The translations under genes were made by a program, and so were the position numbers. A stretch of DNA of 64,000 bases, from assembly GCF_009914755.1 (NCBI RefSeq), contig NC_060940.1. One strand, 5' to 3'. Position 1 is the first letter of the stretch. Each line of letters opens with the position of its first letter. This DNA comes from the human T2T-CHM13v2.0 reference genome, Homo sapiens. The notes beneath the pieces are model-generated. The model made no database searches. It had not been told where the DNA came from and worked only from the letters and a program-made list of their open reading frames with translations. This document shows, in pieces, positions 42,991-57,700 of this stretch.

Positions 42991-44556
42991 GATAGAAAGA
43001 AAATGGTCAGCCCTGAGTAATTTTCTCTTATTTTTCTTCTCTTTTCCTTAATATCATCTGCAGACACATCTGCAGAGTATTTTTTTTTTTTTCTGTGAGA
43101 ATCCATTTCTACCTATGATATAGCTGGTTTCTGACCCTTGAGATATGACTCCAAAATTGGGACTGGGTGGTTGAGAGTGCTTTAGGAGAGGTAAAATTTG
43201 TCATTAATACTATTGTTTATGTGTGCAGTGTCCTTCATATTTTTTCCTTTCATATAGCATTTGACATTTGCAAAATGTTTTCCATTTATTTTTATGTTGG
43301 GGAAAGCAAAAAGCCGTACGTGTTTTTTGGTGTAAGTGAGCATAAAAGCAAGGCATCTGATTCAGGGTGATATTTTTTGTCATTTTCTTTGTGTTTTGAT
43401 CAGGGAAAATTAGAGAGAGAGAGAGGAAGAGAGAGGAGAAATGACAATGCGTCCAACTGTTTTCCAGCCCTCCTCCACCGCACTCCCGACCCAGCTCTCA
43501 GGGAGAGGACTGAGCCACTGTAGAAAAGTGGGAACATTAAACGACCCAAGAAAATGTGAAATGGTGTGGGGTGTGAGATTTCTTTATTAGTCAATTTAAA
43601 ATAAAATGTGCCTCAGTAATTTAGAATCTGTCTGGAGTCAAGCAGAAAATTAGCCATATTCCCATATCCTACCCCCGCCCCTGGAGGCAGCAGAAGCACC
43701 AATAAAAATAAAAATAACAATACCTTGTATTTATGGGGTAGCTTTCTCCCAGACCTCCTTCTCACTCACCCTTTTTATCTTTTCTGTGTCCTTGAAGGGG
43801 AGTGAGTGAGTCTCTGAAACCTGGGAGTTCAGCTCTCTGCAGATACGATCCTCAGCATTAAAACTTCTCCAAAGTCCTTCATTTGATCATACATTCATCC
43901 ATGGGTTTATTGGTTCATTTATACTATTTAGCAGTGCTTACTGAGTATCTACACTGTGCTTACTGTGTATACTGCTTATACACAGTATATCTTACAGGTA
44001 GTACAAGATCCTAGCAGGTACTATAAGATCCTAGAAGGTAAGAGCTACTACCATATAGTCCCTAGGAGCTATTACTGTAATGTCTATTCACAGACAATGG
44101 AATAATCTTGTTAGTTTTTTTTCTGAAAACAATCATAACTCTCTTTAAACCATGGTGTTGTCTTTGGAACATTCATAGTTTGGTTCCTGTGTAGTTTTCA
44201 AGGTCCGTAAAGGCTGAGTTTCGGGTTGATGTGTCTGTAGGCTTTTTCCCTTGGGGGAAAACGTCTTCATAGAATTTGCTCCTCTAGGTAATAGATCATG
44301 AATATCTCTCTAGTTTGCAAAAATGATTGTTTAAGAAAGGACATGGATAGACGGATAGACTCCATTTCTCCTCTTAAAGATTTCCTCATTTTGAGGGGTC
44401 TTGGAATTATTTGAGTGTTTAATGAAAGCAAAGAACTTCCTCCCCAGAGGAATTGATATATGCACAAAGATAACACCATTTTGTACCGTCACTTTAGGGT
44501 TCACACTTTCTGGTACCCATCCTTGGACACTATCCATGGCCACCCAGGTTAAAACT

Positions 44557-44760
44557 TCTTCTTTTCTCTTTCTTTTTCTTTCTTCTTCTTTTTTTTTTTT
44601 TTTTTTTTTTTTGAGTCAGGGCCCCTCTGTTGTTCTGGCTGGAGTGCAGTGGTGGCACACACACAGCAGCTCACTGCAGCCTTAACGTCCCAGGCTCAAG
44701 TGATGTTCCTGCCTCAGCCGCAAAAAGAGCTGGAATTACATGCATGAGCTACTGCGCCTG
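44557..44760 (-). mobile_element. Monomer-length Alu (FRAM-like or arm-recombined AluJ)
   Basis: Right-arm 3' portion runs directly into a left-arm-like start (gctggaattacatgcatgagctactgcgcc). Confidence 0.8.
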
Positions 44761-45256
44761 AATCTAGACCTATTTAGAAAGTTCAAGTCTGAACATTTAG
44801 TGATGCCATAGAGAGCCCTCCCTTCCTGCCAGCATTCATTAAATGATGGTTTTCACTCTGCAGAGCAGCTTCCCTCCGCTTTCCCCAGATAGTCTCCCTC
44901 CCACCTACATATGAGAAAATAAAATGTTTTCCTGCATCACTATGAAAAAGAGCCCTAAATCAATAGCAAATCAAGCTATGGAATAAAAGAGTCTTTATGG
45001 CCCGAGAAGGTGGTTGCTGAAGGTTGCCATTTAGCAGTATTGGGTTTGTGTCTCCCTGGGGTCTCCAGCAGCCCAGTGTCTCTGATGTGAGGCACCTTTG
45101 CCTACATGAAAGTCAGCCCCTCTCCCCCTCCCCCAGTGGAGTGCAGGGAGATAAGAATTCTGAAACAGGTCAGCTGACGTTGTTTTTTAAAAAGGTTTTG
45201 TTCTGGGCAAATCCTAGCCGGATGTGACTGGTCTGCTCTTTTGGTACCAATCCTAG

Positions 45257-45680
<424 letters not shown>

Positions 45681-46841
45681 TTCTTCCCCTTTTGCCATGT
45701 GATTTTTTTTTCTTGCACTTAAAGCAAGTGCAGAACCTCATATGATGATCTATATGCACTTACTGTGTTTTACCCCTCTCGGTTATGTTAGTGGGGGTAT
45801 TTAGGAACCATGCTCATTTTCTGGGTGTTTAATAGCTGAATTCTGTTTCATTTAGATACTGATAAGGGTCTTGAAATTTAAAAAATGTATCTTTAAGCTT
45901 GACATCTCCCAGTGGTATGGCCCTGTATTAGGGAGATATAAAAACCATGTATGAGTCTCCCTCTACCTCTCTCTGTTTGTGTTCCCGCACACACACTACT
46001 TCTCCATGGCTCCTCCATATGGCCAGTCCTCTTCCTTCATATACAGCCTAGTTCTCTGAGGTTCCCATCCCCTCAAGTCCATGACCCTCTGGCGGAGTAG
46101 CCGTAGTGGACAGGTGCACCCTCCTTCACTACCTTCCTTTCTCTGCAACTAGTCACCCCATCTGTGTCCACAGTTTGATGACTGGCTAGGGGCTAAGAGT
46201 GCTGTGATTAAAACTGCTAACTTCCCACTTCTTTTGACTGTTCCAAATGGGGGCAAGAATGAATTTTAAAATGAACTTTGCCTGTCAAAGCTTGTCTAGG
46301 TTAAGGGATGAGCAATGGCACAGTGTCGTTTACCCCAGAGCATGAACTGTTTGGTCCTGGTTCAAGCCGCTTCCCCATTTCCCATGATACTGGGCCTCAC
46401 AATCCCATATGCAGGAACAGCAGATGCCACGTATTGAAATTTCTAGTTTCTCTGCCACTAAAAATGATAGCTCTGCTTGCTTGCAATATATGTTGCCTTT
46501 GAAATGCACTTGCAGTGATGGTCTTTCCTATGCAAGGGCAGAGAAGAAATTGTCTCATCAGTATACTTTGCTGAACCAGCTGAACCCCTCGCCTACCCAG
46601 CAGCTCTGTCACCCCCACTGAGGCTGGCTTTCTAGTGACGATGAACAAAGGTGGTCTTCAGCTTTCTGATACTAGAGAGAGCTAGGATGCATAGGCCATC
46701 AGAGTTAACTTTTGTATTTCTTTCAGGTCTTCTTGGGTTTCTCATTGAAACAAAGCAAGAAGAATAAGCTTATGATACCCAGCATATTCTTCAGCACTCC
46801 AGAAACTCAGAACCCAGCAGATAACGTAAAAATAACAATGC

Positions 46842-47448
<607 letters not shown>

Positions 47449-47888
47449 AAATGCGTTTTTTTCAACTGCAGTTGGTTCTAGTGTTTATTTGCATTTTGTT
47501 TTATTGCAGACCTTCATGGCACTTGAAATCGGGCCTTGAGACTCCCACCGCAGTGGGTGCTGCGTATGTCACACTCAACACATGATTCTGTTAATTCACC
47601 AGCCAAGAGCCATCATGTGGCTGTGGTTGAAGCCCAAGGACCCTTTAGGTTTACTCTTGCTTCATCTCATGGCCTCCACCTTGACATTGAGGCTGTTGCT
47701 GTGGGCGAGTACCTAGTTTATTTCTATGGAGAAATCTGATCAAACAGCATCTTGAGTTTGACAGCAAACAAGAAAAACCATAGGGTCAGTGACATTTAAA
47801 GGAGTCCCATGGAAGCCATGATTGGGATAAGTGAAGACTGAAGAAAAACAAATGGGGGTTATTTTTCTAACTGGGTTTTCAATAAGTA

Positions 47889-47890
<2 letters not shown>

Positions 47891-47930
<40 letters not shown>
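47891..47930. repeat. (TG)n microsatellite
   Basis: Direct reading. Confidence 0.92.
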
Positions 47931-47932
<2 letters not shown>

Positions 47933-48036
47933 CAGGTGTGCACTCTTTTGGGTCTTTTGCGTGTGTTAAATTTTTATTTTTTGCAATTTTTATTTTAGGT
48001 TCAAATACTACATGCACAGGTTTGTTACATGGGTAA

Positions 48037-49022
<986 letters not shown>

Positions 49023-50540
49023 GCCTTCCTCAAGGAGTAATGCCTAGTTAGAACCTTGCAGTCACACAAGAGGTATACAAAGGTAAGAGCTGCCACTTCA
49101 AGATCAGAGGCCAAATGAAAAACTTTCTCTTTAGCAGAACACTCAAGATGAGCAGACAAACCTAGTCACAGCCAATCTCTAGGAAGTGACGCACAATTGA
49201 CTTAGGAAAACAAAGCAAAAAATGCTGTTCTCAGGGCTAACTCAGAGGATTTACACCAAATACTGCCTGGGGTCTGTTAGATCAACAATTAAGATGAAAA
49301 CAAAACTTTAAAACAAATGGAAGAAGTTTAAAGGCACACTCTGGCATGCTCTTGGTATTATTTACAAAGGAGTTTTCCTTTCAATGTTGTTTATAAGGAA
49401 ACTCCAAGAAGCCTGATTTTAGCATCTATACAGGCCATTATCATATTAATTTTTTGCATTAACCAACACTCCCCTCTTTTGAATTTTCACCTCATCTTAA
49501 GTTCCTTCTCTACGTATTTTAAAACCTCTTTTGCTGTTTACATCTCAACTTCGGATCTTTTTCACACGCCGGCAGGAGGCTGTATACATTTAACATATTA
49601 AGGCCGCAGTGCCGAGTTCCCTGAACAGACAACATAGCTGTTTGATCGAGAATGGAGATTTTCCAAGTTTGATTTTCTAACAATTCACCCTTTCCCTTGT
49701 ACTTGTGATAAATTCCAGTTGTGTAGTTTAAATGGTCATTGAATAGATGTGCCGCTCTACTCTCTACAGTTTTAACATGGTTGAATGATCTCAAAATGAG
49801 GCAATCGTTTGAGCAGAAACCCGAAGAGGCCTGGGAGGCAGAGCTGCCTGAGACTAATCCTGAGTTCGGCAGCCCCAGGCACTTGCCCTCAGACAGGCTC
49901 TGAGTATGTTTGTAGCAAAGTGACCCTCGGGTCACCATCACCTTTTTCATTCTTCCTTATGCTCGGAGATAGTCATCTGACTTTGCATGTGCCTAAAATC
50001 AGTTTAGTCTGATGCATTTCATTTCAAGAAGGCACAAAGATAGGAAACCTGAAGCCATAGTATTTTGCTTCTTTCCTGGCTTAGAGAATGCGTCAAGGGA
50101 AGGGGCCTTCTGGTCTACCAATTCTGCCCTTGTTCTTTTTTTCTAAAACATTTCATTTCTCACAGTGGGAGACAGTCTTTGAAAACCCAGGTTTCCAGAC
50201 ATGGAAGAGAGAAACCAAGTATTGGAAATCATTTCCTACTGCCCAGTTTCCCCAATTCTCCTCCTTCATGTTTTTTTATTCAGAGTCAAGACTGCTGGAC
50301 TTCCTGGTGCTGTTTTGATCTGGTGGAAGAGAGAGTTGCAATATGACTGTTTGCTTGTTAAGGAGTTGGCAGTAGTCATACCACTCAGGATGCAGGGTAA
50401 AGAGTCAAGTCTCTTGGTTTTATCTCTCAATAATCATAAAAGTACATCCATTGATCCCCCACTCCATTCCCACTGGTGAGAGACTTTTGCTTAAGACCAC
50501 TGTCTTTCATGGATTGGTGCAAGCTTCCTGTGGCTCTTTC

Positions 50541-50787
50541 TTTTTCTTTTCTTTCTTTCCTTTTTTTTTTTTTTTTATCCCCGACAGGGTCTCATTCTAT
50601 CACCCAGCTGTAGTACAGTGGTGCAATCTCAGCTCAGTGCAACCTCCTCCTCCCAGGCTCAAAAGATCCTCTCACCCCAGCCTCCTGAGTAGCTGGGATT
50701 ACAGGTGCACACCACCGTGCCCAGCTATATGCCCCCGCAGGCCTCCCAAAGTGCTAGGATTACAGGCATGAGCCACCAGGCTTATCC
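50541..50787 (-). mobile_element. AluJ with deletion of most of the left arm
   Basis: Perfect 15-bp TSD tcctgtggctctttc (50526-50540 / 50788-50802). Confidence 0.9.
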
Positions 50788-50802
50788 TCCTGTGGCTCTT
50801 TC

Positions 50803-51320
50803 CTTCCCTCTCTACACCCGCCTCTACCCCATTCTGACAACTGTAGCCCCAGTGACTTTTCCATTAAGTAATGTCTAGCCACATTGCTTCCTACTGAAGA
50901 CTCCCCAAAGGCTCCCAGTCGGAGCACCTCTTCCTTAATGTAGCCCTTTCTATCTGACCCCTACTCACTGTCTCATCTAAACTCCAGCCACATCCCGTGG
51001 CTTGTTATTTGCAAAATATGCCATGTTTTTCTCATACTCAGACTTTTATGTATGGTATTTCCTCTGCTAGAACCCTTCTCCACCTCTGTTCTGACTCAAC
51101 AGAGATTACAACTCTTAGGGGAAGCTATCTGTGAACCTCCTGCCCCAGCCAGGTTGACTGTTCTTCCCTCTCTCTTTCCTTGTGCTTATTCCGGTCATAG
51201 GGCTTTCATGGTCTGTTGATGTTTCCTATTAGCAGCCTCCTTCTGCTAGAACATGCACATCCGAAGGACAAAAAATATGTTTTATTTACCTATTGGCTGG
51301 CAACCATTTAAATGCAAGAG
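50803..51320 (+). mobile_element. L2 remnant
   Basis: Degenerate L2 3' region (ctccagccaca...ctcatactcagactttt...ggacaaaaaatatgttttattt). Confidence 0.5.
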
Positions 51321-52344
51321 GTAAAAGAGACGCCTCCACCTATCTGTACAACCTTGGCTGTGTCTCTTAATTCTTTATGGACCTCTTTGTATGTCTTCAC
51401 GGTTGTGTCTATATTAGACAGTGCCCACCCTATGTTAATGCCCTATGATTTGAGATTATTTGAGAACGTCATGAATTGGTCCCCGGGCTGTATTTGAAAA
51501 CTGCTGAATCACACTCCATTGTGCAATGTCAGCCACAACTTCCACCATTATTACCACTCAATGGTGGTAACAATTCCATAAATGATGACACCATGAAGAA
51601 AGTAAGGGATGGCTACCGTGTGATCAACTCTTAACAGATATTTTCTCTATTACATTACGTGGCTCACTTTCAGGATATTTTCTTCTCTATTGACAACTTA
51701 ATTCTTTACGACTGCTGTCTCCTCCAGGAAGAATTATTGAAAAGTAAAGTGATGTTTAGAAAGAGATAAGTCAAAGATTGTTTGGATATCAGGTGTTAAC
51801 TTTTTGCTTCTTACTTGCAAAATAGAATAGAACCAGCAGTGTTCAGTGCAGCATTTGTGGGTTATTAATAATTTACTCAATCTATTGATGCTTGTTAATT
51901 GAAGTCGCTGAGAAAAGTTAGTTAATGATGTGCCTGCTTACACCACATTATAATTATGATGGTAGTTCCCCTATTATTAGGGCTGAGTAGGTGTTCCCAT
52001 TAGAAACCTTAATTTCTGAGCTGATTGTCTTCACCATTTTAAATTACATTGGGCCACATCTTGGCAGACACTTTCTGAAAGCAGATACGCTCCTTTCCAA
52101 AATTATTTTTGTGGTAGCACAGAAGTTCTCTCCCTCAAATGACAGAGGCTGTTAAGTGTATTCTACTTTCAGGAACTGTTTTATTAAGCTCCAACCAGCA
52201 ATGTCCTATGTAAACTTATCCCAAAAGAAAGATGGTTGCTGAACTAGAGGCTACCTTGGCAAAAATCAGATCTCACTGGGAAAGTAAATTTTTAAAAGTC
52301 ACTCATAGAATGGGAGATGGGCCACATTTTTCTTGCCTTCACTT

Positions 52345-53443
52345 GGATTCAGAATGGTTCTGATTACAATCAACAGAAACCAAATTCCAACGTATTTAAA
52401 CTTTATATTTTTTGACAGTGAGATTTATTGGCTCATGAAATTAGGACTGCAAAAGATATGTTGTCTTCAAGCAGGGCAGGGTAAAGGGGTTAAACTCATG
52501 TCACTAATGTCTTTACTTGGTCGTCATCCTTCAACTCCCTCCTGAGTGCTGACTTCATTCTGGAGCAGATCTTCTTCACAGGGCTACTTGTAGCCTCTAG
52601 ACCAGCACTCCCCAACCTTTTTGGCATTAGGGACTGGTTTCATGGAAGACAATTTTTTCCAGGGATGGGAAAATGGAGGGAATGATTTCAGGATGATTTA
52701 AGTCCTTTACATTTATTGTGCACTTTATTTCTATTATTATTACATTGTAATATATAATGAAATAATTACACAACTCACCATAATGTAGAATCAGTGGGAA
52801 GCCTGACCTTGTTTTCCTGCAACTAGACAGTCCCATCTTGGGGTGATGGTAGGAAGTGACAGATCATCAGGCATTAGATTCTCATAAGCCACATGCAACC
52901 TAGCTCCTTCGCATGCACAGTTCACAAGAGGATTTCTGCTCCTATGAGAATGTAATGCTGCTGCCGATCTGACAGGAGGTGGTAATGTGAGCTATGGGGA
53001 ATGGCTGTAAATATAGATGAAGCTTTGCTTGCTCACCTGCTGCTTACCTCCTGCTGTGTGGCCTGGTTTCTAACAGACCATGGACTGGTACTAGTCCATC
53101 GCCTGAGGTTTATGGACCCCTGCTCTAGAGTATATTGTTGACAGTCCCTGTATTGAAGCAAAGCAAAACCTTCTCACACATGGGTTCCATATATAAAACA
53201 AAAGAAGGTGTCAATTCTGTTTGGATCACATCCTCACCCCTGAGCTGATTCTTGGAGTTAGAAGGAGAGTGAATTTTGATTTCCAGTCTATACCATGCGT
53301 CCATAGCGGTAGCACAAGTAGGCTGTGCATAGCTTTAGTAAACCCACCCATGGAAAGTATTCTATCAGTGGAAAGAGAGATGTTGCTACCAGAAAAACTA
53401 CAGAAGGGATAATGGACAAAAATTAAATTATAAATTTACTACT
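52345..53443 (-). mobile_element. MaLR LTR (MLT1K/L-like) split by MER1A
   Basis: tcagaatggttctgattacaatcaacagaaac...gatttattggctcatg; resumes ttggatcacatcctcacccctgagc. Confidence 0.55.
52603..53122 (-). mobile_element. MER1A hAT-Charlie DNA transposon, full length
   Basis: CAG...CTG termini (cagcactccccaacc / ggtttatggacccctg), about 520 bp, 8-bp TSD ctctagac / ctctagag. Confidence 0.92.
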
Positions 53444-54530
53444 CCATGGTTGCATCCAGTACCTAATCCCAACCCTTGGCTGACCCGATAGCCAAAGAAA
53501 TTGCCATCAATTGTTAATGGTTATCATAGTTCAAAACTCCATTAAAGATTTTATTTCAACTAGGATCTTTAAAAATTGTGGCCTTATGGTCTGGTGCTAC
53601 CAAAGAGTTAGCTGTGCAATCTTGATAAAGATAGGCAGTTAGGTTCACTGGATTTCATTTGCATCATTGATAGTGGCCTCTCTGTGGTGTCTGTCTTATT
53701 GGAAAGATGTGAGTCTGGTATGCGCAGATGTCAGTGAAAAGGAATTTATTTTGCTTTGGAAATGCAGCATGGGCAAAATAAGTTGTGTCCTGGTTATCTT
53801 GACTCCTGGAAAAATAGTTTAGAATTGTTCCTAATGGGGTCCAGGTACGATATTTTATGTCTAAGCATGGTGGACCATTTTCCCTCCCTAGAAGAGACAA
53901 TGGAAGGTGGGTGGCACCGAGTCTTGCATGAAGGCACTTAATCATTTGCAAGACTCAAGTGGACATAAAAATGCAACAGAGATGTTTTCTGAGAACAAAC
54001 AAAATCTAGGCAAGGAGGGAACCAAGGAGTGGCCATTGCTGGTGCATAAAACCTATTTATTCTTATGAAAGAGAGTGTGTTCATTTGTGATTCTAATATA
54101 TTTTTTTGTTTGTCATTTGGTTAATTATGTAGAACCATGGCATGGTCTAATATTTTGTACAAAACTTCTCTCTTAATGTTATAATCTGGCTGGAGAGAAA
54201 AATTAAAGCAGCTAAATATCCTCCTTTCCTCCTGTTATGAATCCGTCTGTGTCACTGGTGGACATAATCATTTTTTTTTTAAATTCTGCAATAACTCAAC
54301 TTTGAGTCTGGTAATGTCTCTATCAAATGCATACCTGGAGGCATGGGTCAGAATCTCCTGAACTTTTTCATGTTTATTGATTTATTTCATTTGATAAACA
54401 TGATCTGATTTACTCTGTGGCCAAACTATAAATGCAACCTTTTATTTTAGTCTTTCCTTCCTGTCCCACCTTCCAGGAAAAATTTGGTTTAGGGAGGGAG
54501 GACATGTATTGGATTGAAAGGACATCTGTT

Positions 54531-54819
54531 GGCCGGGCAAGGTGGCTCACGTCTGTAATCCCAGCACTTTGGGAGGCTGCGGCAAGTGAATCACAAGGTC
54601 AAGAGATCGAGACCATCCTGGCCAAATAGTGAAACCCCATCTCTACTGAAAAAACAAAAATTAGCCAGGCATGGTGATGGTGGTGGGGGGAGGGGGGCGC
54701 CTATAATTCCAGCTACTTGGGAGGCTGAGGCAGGAGAATCGCTGGAACCCTGAAGTCGGAGGTTGCATTGGACTGTAGCCTGGTGACAGTGAGACAGTGT
54801 CTCAAAAAAAAAAAAAAAA
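54531..54819 (+). mobile_element. AluSc-like
   Basis: tcacaaggtcaagagatcgagaccatcctggcc diagnostics; short deletion in the right arm. Confidence 0.93.
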
Positions 54820-55214
54820 TAAGGAAAGCAAGAAAGGAAAGGACATGTGTTTTATTGTTCTGCTTGTTTTCAGTTATCATGAGGGGGAAAAGTACCATGA
54901 GGAAGATGCCCTCAAACAGGCTATCAGATGTTTTTGTTCTTGATACCAGGCAGGAAAGAGATAGAGGTAAATTGTTCTAGTTAGGCATTAAACCTGGTTT
55001 TAAAAAAAACCCTTTTAAATGACGAGAATGGAGATAAAGAGAAAAAGCATTCTGTTGACATCTGTGTGGATTTGATTCTCAATTTATCCATCATCATTAT
55101 CATAGTTGTTTTTGTTACTAGTATTTAGCAACAGATTTGCTTAAATAATGGGCTAGAACTTACAGGGGAATATTAGCAGGTAGAAAAGCACTCAAGATTG
55201 TTTTTGCACATCAT

Positions 55215-55500
55215 AGTTCATCATCCAAAAGTTATTTGTTGAGCACCTATGATGTGCCAAGTGTTGTGAGACTAAGAAATAACCAGGATCATGTTACTGC
55301 CTTGGAGGATCTTCATTCAGTCGGAGGAAGACATGGCAGAGATACTTAGTTACAAGCTCTAGTGCTGTAAAAGAGACAAGTGAAAGATACAGAGGAAAGG
55401 GAATCACTCATCCATCTCTGCCTGGGAGATTAGAAAAACTACCACTGAAGAGTGTGACACACATTTCATGTGAATGTGGGAGGAAGTTTGAAAGATATGG
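55215..55500 (-). mobile_element. L2 remnant
   Basis: tatttgttgagcacctatgatgtgccaag...ctgccttggagga. Confidence 0.6.
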
Positions 55501-55763
55501 TCCCATCACAGAAGGACAATAGATCTTTCCTAAGATTTACCTGACAAGAGCTCATTTGCTTGAATCTGCTCAGTGACAGGACCTTCCTACAAGGCAGCCA
55601 TTTTTGCAGGCCTTGAGTTGTTAGATAGTCTTCCTCTTGTTAAAACTATTTATATTTAAACTTGAAGGCATTTAGAAGATACTGAAAATAGTGGGCAGTT
55701 GTAAGAAAATGTGATTGGAGAGGCATAAAACTTAGTTTGGGAAATGGCTAGACCCTCTTCCTT

Positions 55764-55794
<31 letters not shown>

Positions 55795-56368
55795 ATTTGC
55801 ATGTACCACATGTTGTATACATGGAGCATCAGTGAGTATGGGATACATATTTTACCAAATGCTTTATGAGTATTATTTAATGTTTTCAACAACTGTATGA
55901 AGTTTGAAGTTTGTATTGTTATGAAACCCACTTCATAGGTAAGGAAACTAGGATTACAGAGTTTTATAACTTTGCATAATGAGTGAGAGAATAGGGATGT
56001 TAACTTTTCTTTAAATAACTGTATCCTCAGAATAATATTTTGACTTGAATTAGGTAGATTCTGTACAGTATAAATTGCTATTGAGCTGGAATATTTTGTG
56101 TGGCGGAGGGCATCTTATGTGTGTGTGTTTCTTCAAGGTATCAATGCAAACTCTCCAAAGCCTCTTGTTTCAGAAAGATAAACAACTGTTATCAGCCTAC
56201 AGATTTTTGAAGAGGCTGAGTACTACCACAAGATTTATTTTAAAATCAAGCTGAAACAAAGTTTTTAGCTTTTTTAAAAAATTAATTTTGAGAGAGTGAA
56301 CTTCATATCATCACCTTTAGAGTTCCAGAATAGCAAGTCTTGAGAAAGGAATCAAGAGTTGGAGGATT

Positions 56369-56665
56369 GGCCAGGTACAGTGGCTACTTGTGATCCTGGC
56401 ACTTTGGGAGGTCGAGTTCAGTGGGTCACTTAAGCCAGGAGTTCAAAACCAGCCTGGGATACATGGAAAAACTCCATATCTACATAAAATGATAATAATA
56501 GAAAATAGCAAGGCATGGTGGTATGCACTTGTAGTCTCAGCTCCTTGGGAGGCTAAAATGGGAGGATTGCTTGAGCTCGGGAGTTGTAGGTTGCCATGAC
56601 TGGAGATTGCACCACTGCCCTCCAGCTTGGGTAACAGGGTGAGCACTTGTCTGAAAAAAAAAAAA
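56369..56665 (+). mobile_element. AluJ
   Basis: Diverged dimer with A tail. Confidence 0.9.
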
Positions 56666-56756
56666 GAGTAGTGGAATAAGAGAAATACCAATATTCCCAG
56701 GAATTGGGCCATGGAAGAGCTATCAGCCACTTGCCTTCCTCCCTTCTCCTCCCACC

Positions 56757-56818
<62 letters not shown>

Positions 56819-56845
56819 GACATATATATACAGACACATATATAA
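56757..56845. repeat. An(TA)n(CA)n compound microsatellite
   Basis: Direct reading. Confidence 0.92.
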
Positions 56846-57111
56846 TCATTCAGCTATTCTAATATTTGTATATGTAAATGTGCTTTATATAATACCTATA
56901 TATGTGATGAACCATATGTAGTGGTCATAAAATTGGATATAAATTTTATGTCTCTATAACTGGACATTAAATCTCATTCCTATACCCCATTAAAAACTGA
57001 TCTATTTTTCCAGGAGCCAAAATAACTATGTAATATACAGATATGTTTTATATATATATCTACACACACACTCACACATACACACACGCACACAGGTATA
57101 TAGGTATACAT

Positions 57112-57227
57112 GTAGATAGAGTTTCACCATGTTGCTCAGGGTGGTCTCAAACTCCTGGGCTTAAGCAATCTGCCCACTTTGGCCTTCAAGGTGCTGGGAT
57201 CACAAGTGTGACCACTGTGCCTGGCCG
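57112..57227 (-). mobile_element. Alu left monomer (FLAM/AluJ fragment)
   Basis: gtttcaccatgttgctcagggtggtctcaaactcctgggc...gtgcctggcc. Confidence 0.85.
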
Positions 57228-57276
57228 ATCCCTCAACTCTTGATTCCTTTCTCAAGACTTGCTACTCTGGAAGTCC

Positions 57277-57700
57277 GTATATATATATACACACACATAT
57301 ATATGTATACATATGTATGTGTACATGTACATGTACATATACATGTAGATATAGGTAGTGTATTATACATATATAGACTTCCAGCATATGTATATACATA
57401 TCTGTACATATACATGCACATATACATATGCGTGTACATATATGCACACATACATGTACATATATGTGTGCGTATAGTTGTACATACACATGTAGATATG
57501 CATATATGTGTACATATACATGCACATATACAGGTAGATACACATCTATGTGTGCATATACATGTACACATGCATGTAGATATATATGTGTACATATGCA
57601 TGTAGATATACATATGTGTACATATGTATGCACATTTGCATGCAGATATACATATATGTGTACATATATATGTATATACATATGCTGGAAGTCTATGTAT
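57277..57700. repeat. Degenerate alternating purine-pyrimidine (TA/CA/TG) repeat with embedded inverted duplication
   Basis: Direct reading; see finding. Confidence 0.9.

Noticed and set aside
46082-46095. CTCF-like motif CCGCCAGAGGGTCA on the minus strand (weaker ones near 1430-1455 and 13125-13140)
   Set aside because: Mismatch at the conserved GGC end of the core; not supportable without ChIP data.
49519-49950. 143-aa ORF as a protein-coding gene
   Set aside because: No recognisable domain or splice context; the length is attainable by chance in six frames of 64 kb.
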